Part shown: in pieces, positions 9,352-17,709 of the stretch
Layout: every line of letters begins with the position of its first letter
Numbering within the stretch: position 1 is the stretch's first letter
The notes under the pieces: model-generated
Databases searched by the model: none
What the model was told of the DNA's origin: nothing
What the model saw: only the letters and a program-made list of their open reading frames with translations
DNA from: Candidatus Micrarchaeota archaeon
GTDB taxonomy: Archaea; Micrarchaeota; Micrarchaeia; Anstonellales; Bilamarchaeaceae
NCBI GenBank assembly: GCA_043821365.1
Contig: JBDRCX010000003.1
Coordinates: 20,175-84,174 of the forward strand
Reading direction: 5' to 3'
DNA length: 64,000 nt
Made by a program: the position numbers and the translations under genes

Positions 9352-9469
9352 GGGCCCGTAGCTCAGCCAGGCTAGAGCGTTCGACTGATAAAAACTTTTT
9401 TGGAAAAAAAGTTTTACAAAAAACTTATCAGTGATCGAAAGGTCATGAGTTCAAATCCCATCGGGCCCA
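9352..9469 (+). tRNA. tRNA-Ile (anticodon GAU) with a ~43-nt intron 3' of the anticodon
   Basis: GGGCCCG..GCTC-AGCCAGGCTA-GAGC-G-TTCGA-CTGATAA[intron 9392-9434]TCGAA-AGGTC-ATGAG-TTCAAAT-CCCAT-CGGGCCC-A. The intron contains a hairpin at 9392-9415 and a segment complementary to the anticodon arm (BHB-compatible). Followed by T5. Confidence 0.85.
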
Positions 9470-9537
9470 TTTTTGTTAAATTCAAAGAACTGAGGTTCTT
9501 TGTAATCTCCCCTCATGGTACTAATATTACATTGGGT

Positions 9538-10260
9538 CTATCTACTAATGATATAAGCCATAATAATTCCAACAAGAATAATTTGGTGAGTTAAATATAT
9601 CGCCAGCGAATGTCTTCCTAAAATTGCCAGTCTATTTGCCCACGTATTTTTGAATTCAAATCTCTTATTTTTATAAATCAATTCACAAATAGCCATACCA
9701 GTCAAAACAACTCCAAACCAGGGTAATATTGGATAAAAGTCAAGTGCTTCATATTCTGGATAAATAAGCCCAAGCCAAAACAGTGACCTTGAATCTGTTT
9801 GATGCAAATTGAACCATATACCTACAACTATCAATACTATCCCAATCAACAAATTCCATTTTTTGAATCTAAAGAAAAGCGGTGCAATAAATGTGGAAAG
9901 CGCAATCATATGTATTATTCCAAAGCTAATGAAACCTTTGTGAGGGTAAATCCACGTAACTGCTGTTATTAAAATTGCAAAATTTGTCAGTTTAAACCCT
10001 CTCCACATGTGCTTTAGGTATCCATTTTTGTTTTTATTCTCACTCAAAACTAAAGATACACCAACCAAACCAACAAATAAAACTGCTATAACTCTCTGAA
10101 AAATTATCATTAATGGATTACTCATATCAAAATTCGCAAGTCCAAAATAATTAAGGTCAAATATGAAATGGTATATTATCATTAACACTATGGCTAGACC
10201 ACGTAATGCGTCTACTTCCAAAATTCGTTTATTCTCTTGCATATTCTGCTCTTTCAACAA
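9538..10260 (-). CDS. multi-pass membrane protein, DUF1624 / heparan-alpha-glucosaminide N-acetyltransferase-like
   Basis: RILEVDALRGLAIVLMIIYHF N-terminal signature and about 8 TM helices. Probable start at M7 (10242). Confidence 0.55.
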   Translation of the reverse strand: MLKEQNMQENKRILEVDALRGLAIVLMIIYHFIFDLNYFGLANFDMSNPLMIIFQRVIAVLFVGLVGVSLVLSENKNKNGYLKHMWRGFKLTNFAILITAVTWIYPHKGFISFGIIHMIALSTFIAPLFFRFKKWNLLIGIVLIVVGIWFNLHQTDSRSLFWLGLIYPEYEALDFYPILPWFGVVLTGMAICELIYKNKRFEFKNTWANRLAILGRHSLAIYLTHQIILVGIIMAYIISR

Positions 10261-11056
10261 TTTTCTTTGCCGTTGCTATTGGAATACCAGTTAATTCAAC
10301 TAGTTTATGTGGGTTCTCAGGTATGTCTGCTACCACAACTATTTCTCTTGATAATAACCTTCTCAATGTATCATTGTTCATATTCAAGACTGTGACTGGG
10401 TAGCACTTTGTTTTGTCTATTCTTTCTTCAAGGCTATTCTTTATTGGATATCTCCAACCAAGAAGCGGTATCTCCATACATTGTGCATAGGTAAGAACAT
10501 CCTGTGAGAATTTAGTATTGGTTACTAACCATGGGTTTACAAAATTTTCACAATACCCGTTTTTCACACCTTCTTTCAGATCCAAATATCTTGAATAAAC
10601 ATAAAGTATGCTTTGTACTCTGCATTTTGTTCCTGGTTGGTTGTGAAATTTACATTCTATCATGTGGGTTTCATTATTTTTCGATGCTACAACATCTATT
10701 TCATGTGTTATGCACTTTCCTCTTATTATATTTCTGAGACTTGTTTTGTAGCCTTGTATAGTTAGTAATTTTGATATAAAAGTCTCAAAGTCGTATCCTT
10801 CTGGTCCTATTTCAAACAATGCTCTTTTCAGATTGTATCTATGGGATAACGTCGGTTTTCTACTTTCTATTAAATTATAAAGCATTGCGTATATTTTTTT
10901 TGTTGTAATTCCATTGTACAATCGTGATTCCAAAATATCAAGCAATTCTTCTGCTTCTTTTTGTCGTAGTCCTGTTCGTTTTAATGCCTTTCTTACTTTC
11001 TTGGCACTGAACTTTTCTTTCTCGCCACTTTCCTTGACTACCCAAAATTCCTGCAA
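10229..11056 (-). CDS. ATP-cone domain fused to an Mrr/PD-(D/E)xK-type restriction-endonuclease-like domain
   Basis: ATP-cone-like N-terminus (WVVKESGEKEKFSAKKVRKALKRTGL...). Nuclease core FETFISKLLTIQGY...THEIDVVASKNNETHMIECKF (D...E-x-K). Confidence 0.65.
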   Translation of the reverse strand: MQEFWVVKESGEKEKFSAKKVRKALKRTGLRQKEAEELLDILESRLYNGITTKKIYAMLYNLIESRKPTLSHRYNLKRALFEIGPEGYDFETFISKLLTIQGYKTSLRNIIRGKCITHEIDVVASKNNETHMIECKFHNQPGTKCRVQSILYVYSRYLDLKEGVKNGYCENFVNPWLVTNTKFSQDVLTYAQCMEIPLLGWRYPIKNSLEERIDKTKCYPVTVLNMNNDTLRRLLSREIVVVADIPENPHKLVELTGIPIATAKKIVERAEYARE

Positions 11057-11091
11057 TTTAACACCAAAACATATGCGAAGCTAAGAGTTTT

Positions 11092-12177
11092 ATGTTTTTG
11101 TGCTTCATTCTAGTCATGGCGGGTTATTTTGATGGTGAGAATGAAAACCCCACCATAATTTGTGATGAAAAGATTCTTCTCCCAGATTATCTGCCAGATA
11201 TACTATCTCAAAGAGAAAAAGAGCTTCAATACATAGCAGATTGTACAAAGCCATTACTAAAACGGAACACCTCTCAAAATCTATTTATCTATGGTTCTTC
11301 GGGAACAGGCAAAACAACCTGTCTAAAATATTTGATTCGTGAATTGTCTGAACAATCTTCTGCCGTGCTTCCAGTTTATATTAACTGCTGGGAAAACCAA
11401 ACTCAGCTTTCAATTTACAATAGAATTGTTGAAGAGATGCGACTTCCAATTCCAAGGCGTGGTCTGGCACCTGATGAAATATTCGATAAGATCCTTCAGT
11501 TTGTTAAAAACTACAAAAAACCAATCCTGCTTATTCTTGATGAGATGGATGCCATACGTCGCGAAGAAATTTTATATGCTATTTCGAGATCAAATGAAAA
11601 AATGCTTACATTCGGAATAATCGGCATATCTAACAACAAATCATTACTCTCAAAACTTGATCAGAGAATCAAGAGTTCACTACGGTTTTCTGAAATGGAA
11701 TTCAAAGAATATGGCGAGGATCAATTGTTTTCGATTTTGCGTTTACGAGCTGAAAAAGCACTTCTACCAAATAGTTTTGATGAAAAACTTCTTAGGAAAA
11801 TTGCGCGTTCTGTTGAAGATGGTTCTGCAAGAGTTGCAATAGAAAGATTGTGGAAATCAGCTAAGCATGCAGAAAAACAAAGAAAAACAAAAATTATGAT
11901 ACAGGATTTAGAAGATATTCTGCTACTAACTCCTGATTTTAAAAAACAGGAACTAAATCTATCAAAAGAGGAAAAATGTATCCTGGAAATTCTTAAGAAT
12001 GGCCAATTAAGTTCCACCGAAATTTACGAAGATTTCTCCAAAAAATTCAATAAATCAAAACGTCAAATAAGAAACTATCTTGATTCACTAGAAAAGAAGC
12101 GTCTAATAGAATCAGAAGAAATTACATCTGATGTCATGCTTAAATTAAAGAAATTTAAATTGATTAATCGGAATTGA
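11092..12177 (+). CDS. cdc6: Orc1/Cdc6 AAA+ replication initiator family protein
   Basis: Walker A GSSGTGKT, Walker B LILDEMD, sensor-1 IGISNN, sensor-2 GSARVAIERL, and a C-terminal winged helix. Probable start at M9 (11116). Confidence 0.9.
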   Translation: MFLCFILVMAGYFDGENENPTIICDEKILLPDYLPDILSQREKELQYIADCTKPLLKRNTSQNLFIYGSSGTGKTTCLKYLIRELSEQSSAVLPVYINCWENQTQLSIYNRIVEEMRLPIPRRGLAPDEIFDKILQFVKNYKKPILLILDEMDAIRREEILYAISRSNEKMLTFGIIGISNNKSLLSKLDQRIKSSLRFSEMEFKEYGEDQLFSILRLRAEKALLPNSFDEKLLRKIARSVEDGSARVAIERLWKSAKHAEKQRKTKIMIQDLEDILLLTPDFKKQELNLSKEEKCILEILKNGQLSSTEIYEDFSKKFNKSKRQIRNYLDSLEKKRLIESEEITSDVMLKLKKFKLINRN

Positions 12178-12980
12178 TTAGAATGGATTTTGATGAAATT
12201 CAAGGAAAAAACGAACATGTGTATGTACAAAGCGGCCAGTTGTTCTCAGAGCAGTGCCAACTTCTAGAAAATTCGATCTCACTATCATTTCAAATCTGTT
12301 CTATCCTCTTTAATAAAAATCTAAATGAAAAACAAAAATACCTTCTTGCATTTTTTCACAGAAATATAATCTATTCATCTGCATCATATCAAATGATACG
12401 TATGGGCTTTCTTGATCCTGCAGGGAATAACATGAGAACCATATTTGAGACTATCATATGGCAGTATGCATATCTTACTGAGGATGAAGTATATTCAAAT
12501 TTCAAAGAAATTGAAGATCTAGAATCTCAAAAAATGAAATCAATTACTGATAAAAAATGGTCTAATACTCAGGAGAGGAAACTCGAAAACTACCGGAGAA
12601 AGTATAGTTTCCAGAAAATGATGAAAAAATTATATTCTAAAAAAACATTTGAACAATTTTTCTTTAATCAATATTGGGTTCTATGTCAAAAATCACATTC
12701 AAGCATATTTGGTCTTAACTATAATACACCTAATTTTGAGGGAACAACAACAATTGAAAAAAGGCCAAGTGAAATAAAAGACAATCTTATTGCCCTTTTG
12801 TATTTAGAAACAGAAAATCTTATTTGTTTCCTAAATTGTTTTTCTGATTACCTAACCCAACAACAAATAGACAAAATTCTAATCTTTATAAATAATGTAA
12901 ATTCAAAAATTCCTCCAGCATTAACTCTTGCTCCAGATACCAAAGAACTTAAGTTCAACTTAAGATTCAAAGAAGTGTAA
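12174..12980 (+). CDS. hypothetical protein, translationally coupled to orc1/cdc6
   Basis: 268-aa ORF overlapping the orc1 stop (ATG at 12183). No motif I recognise; host-like composition. Confidence 0.5.
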   Translation: MIRMDFDEIQGKNEHVYVQSGQLFSEQCQLLENSISLSFQICSILFNKNLNEKQKYLLAFFHRNIIYSSASYQMIRMGFLDPAGNNMRTIFETIIWQYAYLTEDEVYSNFKEIEDLESQKMKSITDKKWSNTQERKLENYRRKYSFQKMMKKLYSKKTFEQFFFNQYWVLCQKSHSSIFGLNYNTPNFEGTTTIEKRPSEIKDNLIALLYLETENLICFLNCFSDYLTQQQIDKILIFINNVNSKIPPALTLAPDTKELKFNLRFKEV

Positions 12981-13643
12981 TCAATCCATTCTTATCAGGA
13001 ATGTTGTTCGATAAAGTCTCTTTCCCTGGTCTCTTCCAACTAGTTTCTTAGTTATTACGGTCGTTATACCAAGATCAGATACAAGCCTTACGATTGGTTT
13101 TGATCTTCCAATATAAATATCAATTCCTTCGTCTTTTTCTTCAGTTTTTGTTAGAAAAGTAACATTTTCTAATTTGCTGATTAACATAATTGCAGTTTTT
13201 TCTATTTTTTTTCTATCCCCTCTAAGCTGGATTATGCCTTCATAATAACCACCACTAATACGTGAACAATCTTGGCAAATTGTTTTTTTCAGTTCAAGTG
13301 GTATTGAACGTTTTACCTTTGCACTGCTCGACATAATAAAAGTTGCATCCTGACTTTCAAAATCATATGTTGAAGATTCGATGTCACCTTTACACTTACC
13401 TAAAATATAATCACTTAATTTTCTCTTATTGTATGGTACCCATTCTCCGCGGAATTTTATTTTCTCACAACGCGTACAAGTTTCAAATTCTATTTTCTTC
13501 GGTATTTCTATCTTTATTGGATAGCAATCTGGACAAAATGCTTCTATGAATTCAATTTGATTATTAGTTCTCCCGCATTTGGGGCAAATAAGGTTCGACA
13601 TACATTTTAAACCATTGAGAATGATATTAAAAAACGATGACAT
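12981..13643 (-). CDS. NMD3-family (ribosome biogenesis/export factor-like) zinc protein
   Basis: Paired CxxC clusters at the N-terminus (CPKCGR...CPDCY, CTRCEK...) followed by an NMD3-like body. Short, at 220 aa. Confidence 0.55.
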   Translation of the reverse strand: MSSFFNIILNGLKCMSNLICPKCGRTNNQIEFIEAFCPDCYPIKIEIPKKIEFETCTRCEKIKFRGEWVPYNKRKLSDYILGKCKGDIESSTYDFESQDATFIMSSSAKVKRSIPLELKKTICQDCSRISGGYYEGIIQLRGDRKKIEKTAIMLISKLENVTFLTKTEEKDEGIDIYIGRSKPIVRLVSDLGITTVITKKLVGRDQGKRLYRTTFLIRMD

Positions 13644-13686
13644 TGAAATTCTGGAAAAATTTCAATAATAAAAATCAGGGATTTTT

Positions 13687-15447
13687 ATGACAAAGAACAT
13701 TAATCAAGCCATAAACTTGACATCTTATTTTATCACACTGCCAGAATCACGTTTTATCGTCAGTGGAATCGTTCTCATCGGATTTATCTTTGGTTTGCTC
13801 ATGAATTTAGATGATCCAAACATCATTGAAAGTGCTGTTATTGATGGGATGATGTTGCTTGTTGCCCCTGCACTTTTATCTTCTTTTGTTATCAAAGTTT
13901 TAGTTAGAAAAATGCCTTACCGTAGGATTGCCGCAACTGCTTTTGCTGGGGAGGTAGTTTATGCTACTGCGTATGTTTCGAGTATGCTACTTTCCAATAT
14001 TAATCAATTCTGGGCACAACTAGTGATTCTAATTGGAGCTGCTATTGTTTTTGTTTTTTGGTATGTAATTGCAAGATTTGTATTTATACTCAAATACCGT
14101 TCAATCCTGTTCTCCATAATCCAGCTTCTATTCTATCTGATATTTTTGTTGAGTGATCAGGCGCTCTATACTTCAAATGCACCATTTTGGGATATTGCAG
14201 CCAAATTCTACATATCTTCATTTGTTCTCTTGGGTGCAATAGTGATCTTCTTTTTTATAATAAATGCACCAATGAAGAAGAATCTTGGTTTAAGTAGTAC
14301 TGATGCCGCATCTTATTTGTTCAGTGCATGGTTATATCACAATAAAGATATGGAAAATGCATTTGATCAGGTTGGTGAGGATGCAAAAACTCTTCTAAGT
14401 CTAAGTGGATTTAAACGTAAAAATGATACTATTTTCTTTGTCACTCCATATGTGCATTATGGTCCATTTGGGAATCTTGGTGGTAGTGAGTTCTCGCATC
14501 TTATCGCTGATGCAATGGATAAAAAGTACAAATCAACTTCGTTTATTTTCCATGGTACTGTTACTCACGATCTAAATCCAGTTGCGACTACAGAAATTAA
14601 GAAAATATTGGATGTAGTGGACGAATCTATAAAATCAGCAATTTATAAAGATGCAAAAGTGTCCATCTCATTAGGTAAAGAGGCAGAATGCAAAGCTCAA
14701 GCACTTAGAATAAACAACTCTGCCATAGTGGGTCTAAGCCGCGCTCCAGAAGTTACTGAAGATATTAACCTTGGCCTTGGTATGGCATTGATGTTTGAAG
14801 CAGAAAAACACGTAGATAGGGCAATGATCATTGATCAGCATAATGCAGAGACTGGTGATATAACTAGTTTTGAACCAGGAAGTCCAATTGCTTTTGGTTA
14901 TATCCATGCAATTAAGGATGCCATTTCCAAAAAACCTAAATTCAAAAAACTCAATGTTGGTGTCGCTACACGTTCAATCGATTCAAACACAATAGGGAAA
15001 GCTGGCATTAAAGTTGCAATATTCTCGTCAATTCCAGAATATGTGATCGTGTTAATTGATTCAAATGGTGTTACACCTGGATTCAGAGATCAGATAGAAT
15101 CATCAATACTTGAACTTGGTAAAAAGCATAAAAGGAATTTTACAGTCGGTGTGTTCACCACAGATACTCACCAAACAAATATGGTGCGGGGGGTATTGAA
15201 TCCAGCCAAGGATCAAGAAACAACACTTGAACTTATATGTGAGGCGTGTATTGTTGCCATGAATGATATGCAAGAGGCAAAATTCTTTTCAGATACTCGT
15301 TGGTTTGATATTAGGGTCATCGGTGCAAAACAGTCAATTGAAGTCATATCAACAATAAATTCAATTGTTGCAATATCAAAAATTACATTACCATTAATCC
15401 TTTTGGGTGGGATACTACTTTTGATAGGTGTTGTATCGACGTTCTAG
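13687..15447 (+). CDS. large archaeal membrane protein (DUF2070-like)
   Basis: 586 aa. About 6 N-terminal TM helices, a soluble central domain and a C-terminal TM helix. The family call is from memory of this architecture. Confidence 0.45.
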   Translation: MTKNINQAINLTSYFITLPESRFIVSGIVLIGFIFGLLMNLDDPNIIESAVIDGMMLLVAPALLSSFVIKVLVRKMPYRRIAATAFAGEVVYATAYVSSMLLSNINQFWAQLVILIGAAIVFVFWYVIARFVFILKYRSILFSIIQLLFYLIFLLSDQALYTSNAPFWDIAAKFYISSFVLLGAIVIFFFIINAPMKKNLGLSSTDAASYLFSAWLYHNKDMENAFDQVGEDAKTLLSLSGFKRKNDTIFFVTPYVHYGPFGNLGGSEFSHLIADAMDKKYKSTSFIFHGTVTHDLNPVATTEIKKILDVVDESIKSAIYKDAKVSISLGKEAECKAQALRINNSAIVGLSRAPEVTEDINLGLGMALMFEAEKHVDRAMIIDQHNAETGDITSFEPGSPIAFGYIHAIKDAISKKPKFKKLNVGVATRSIDSNTIGKAGIKVAIFSSIPEYVIVLIDSNGVTPGFRDQIESSILELGKKHKRNFTVGVFTTDTHQTNMVRGVLNPAKDQETTLELICEACIVAMNDMQEAKFFSDTRWFDIRVIGAKQSIEVISTINSIVAISKITLPLILLGGILLLIGVVSTF

Positions 15448-16280
15448 GCTCCTATCATCATTCTTAATATGTCTCTTATACCCGGTGCAAATCCCATTAT
15501 TATAATTACTAATGCAATGTAATGTTTATCTTCTATTGATATTTTTTCTTTGTTTATTACATCTGCAGCTAAGAATGCTATTCCTGTTTTTATAAGGTAA
15601 AAGAACAAATATGTTCCACCTATTGCTCCTATTGCTGCTGAGAATACATGTTGTTCAAAATATCTAATACCAGATATTGTAGAAAAATAATCAATTACAA
15701 AAAATGTCGCAGCTCCATCAAGTGCCTGGCCAGCTACGACTGTGGCCAGTATTTCATTTTTGAAAAATTTCCACGCTATATAGGTTGGTATGGCTGCCAA
15801 AATCAATATTGGTATAGAGTAAATCCAATATTCCATGAATGGTATCAATATCAAGAAATGGGGGAGCCAGAGTGCCAATCCAACATACTTAACCAAGTCC
15901 ATTCTCTTCAATTTATTGAATACTGCGATGGATGCTAGAAGTATTGCTGCAGTCAATATATACACTCCTGGGGTTACTGTAACATATCCATAATCCCAAA
16001 GATGACTGTTAAGCACAAATTCATGTATTGGGGTTACTGGAGCAAAAACATTTGAATCAATTGAATCAGTTACAACTCTTACTGTTGATCCGAATAATAC
16101 GAAAGCCATAATTCCAAAAATAAAATTTTCATCAATTTTCAATTTTATTGTTTTGAACCATCTATGTATGAAAAAAATCGCTACCATTGCAATTACTGCG
16201 TATGTAATCGTATTCACTATATTGTATCCGCTATGATCCCAAATAGGCTTGATAAAGTATTCGTATATAAAGTTTTCCAC
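15444..16280 (-). CDS. multi-pass membrane protein (DUF63-like)
   Basis: 278 aa, 7-8 TM helices, N-terminus MENFIYEYFIKPIWDHSGYN. Confidence 0.45.
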   Translation of the reverse strand: MENFIYEYFIKPIWDHSGYNIVNTITYAVIAMVAIFFIHRWFKTIKLKIDENFIFGIMAFVLFGSTVRVVTDSIDSNVFAPVTPIHEFVLNSHLWDYGYVTVTPGVYILTAAILLASIAVFNKLKRMDLVKYVGLALWLPHFLILIPFMEYWIYSIPILILAAIPTYIAWKFFKNEILATVVAGQALDGAATFFVIDYFSTISGIRYFEQHVFSAAIGAIGGTYLFFYLIKTGIAFLAADVINKEKISIEDKHYIALVIIIMGFAPGIRDILRMMIGA

Positions 16281-16292
16281 CGTACCACTTCC

Positions 16293-16592
16293 ATGGATAG
16301 TAGACTGAAAAACATTATAAAATCAAGTGTGCGTTCATCAATTGAAAAATTATTAGATCAATCACGTGATTCATACCTACATAAAAACAAGGCCAGATCT
16401 ATTCGCTATGTAAAAATGGCGTTTGAATTATTAAAAAAGCACAAAATCAAATTGCCAAAACATCTAAGAAATAGTTTCTGCAGAAAATGTTATCTTATTT
16501 GGATTCCAGATAAAACAATAAAAATTCAATTTGATAAGAGAAGTAATTGTTTACGGGTACAATGTAATTGTGGGCATTCAAAAAGACTTTAA
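16293..16592 (+). CDS. rnp4: RNase P protein component 4 (Rpr2/Rpp21 family)
   Basis: Zinc ribbon FCRKCYLIWIPDKT...LRVQCNCGH plus a basic helical N-terminus. The track ORF starts at 16164, but that part overlaps the upstream gene; the ATG at 16293 is the plausible start. Confidence 0.7.
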   Translation: MDSRLKNIIKSSVRSSIEKLLDQSRDSYLHKNKARSIRYVKMAFELLKKHKIKLPKHLRNSFCRKCYLIWIPDKTIKIQFDKRSNCLRVQCNCGHSKRL

Positions 16593-16652
16593 TATACACG
16601 AATCCAAGTCCTTTTTAAATCCCATTTGGTAATATTTTTGTAAGGTAATTCT

Positions 16653-17639
16653 ATGGATTTTTGTCCTCATATTAAACCATACTTAAATCAAGTAGAAGAA
16701 ACTATCGAATCTGAACTTTCAAAGGAAGATCAGAATACTTATGGTATGCTTGCTCCATTTATCAAAAGAGGAGGGAAACGTATCCGTCCAGCATTAATAT
16801 TTCTGTCAGCTGGTGCCACTGGTGGAAAATATGAAGATGTTTTACAACCATCAATTATACTCGAGTTATTTCATAATTTTACTCTAATACATGATGATAT
16901 AGAAGACAATTCTCAATTTAGAAGAGGAGAACCAGCAATACACATATCTCATGGTCTTCCAATTGCATTAAACTCTGGTGATGCACTATATACTTTTCTT
17001 TGGAAAAAAATCGTATTTCTTGATATCAAACCATCAAAATTACTCAAACTTCAAAGATTGTATGCAACTTCTTTCAAAAGAGTTGTGGATGGGCAAGGTG
17101 CTGAGCTTTCCTGGATACAATCAGGTAAATTTGATGTAACTGAACTAGAATATATAACTATGATAAATGGAAAAACATCCGCACTGATAAGTCTTGCCTG
17201 CGAAGTTGGTGCATTGGTGGGTGATGCACCAAAAAAGATCAGAACTGCATTGAATGTTTATGGTGAGAAAATAGGCGCTGCTTTCCAAATACAGGATGAC
17301 ATCCTGAATCTTACTGGGAATTTTGATAGTTATAAGAAAGAGATTGGTGGGGATATAACAGAAGGAAAAAGAACACTGATAGTTGTCCATTGTCTAAATA
17401 AGGCTAATGGTCAAGACAAATCACGGCTAATCGAAATTCTATCTTCACATTCAGCTAATCAGAACGATGTTTCTGAAGCAATTTCAATTCTGAAAAAGTA
17501 TGGATCAATAGAATATGCAAGAAAATATGCACAGAATTTAGTTGATCAGGCAAAGAAGAAACTCAATGTTCTTCCTGACTCAATTGATAAAACAGCAATG
17601 ATTAATTTGGCTGAATATGTGGTTAATCGTGAATCTTAA
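16653..17639 (+). CDS. trans-polyprenyl (geranylgeranyl) diphosphate synthase
   Basis: First and second Asp-rich motifs: LIHDDIED and FQIQDDILN. Confidence 0.85.
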   Translation: MDFCPHIKPYLNQVEETIESELSKEDQNTYGMLAPFIKRGGKRIRPALIFLSAGATGGKYEDVLQPSIILELFHNFTLIHDDIEDNSQFRRGEPAIHISHGLPIALNSGDALYTFLWKKIVFLDIKPSKLLKLQRLYATSFKRVVDGQGAELSWIQSGKFDVTELEYITMINGKTSALISLACEVGALVGDAPKKIRTALNVYGEKIGAAFQIQDDILNLTGNFDSYKKEIGGDITEGKRTLIVVHCLNKANGQDKSRLIEILSSHSANQNDVSEAISILKKYGSIEYARKYAQNLVDQAKKKLNVLPDSIDKTAMINLAEYVVNRES

Positions 17640-17709
17640 TTATCTTCTCTCTCGTATCCTCGTCGTTTGAATTCAATGAAAAAGTATTTAAATTAGAGTT
17701 ACAAAATTA

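Noticed and set aside
9400-9594. 64-aa ORF starting inside the tRNA-Ile intron
   Set aside because: It overlaps a well-formed tRNA and its terminator, so it is most likely not coding.
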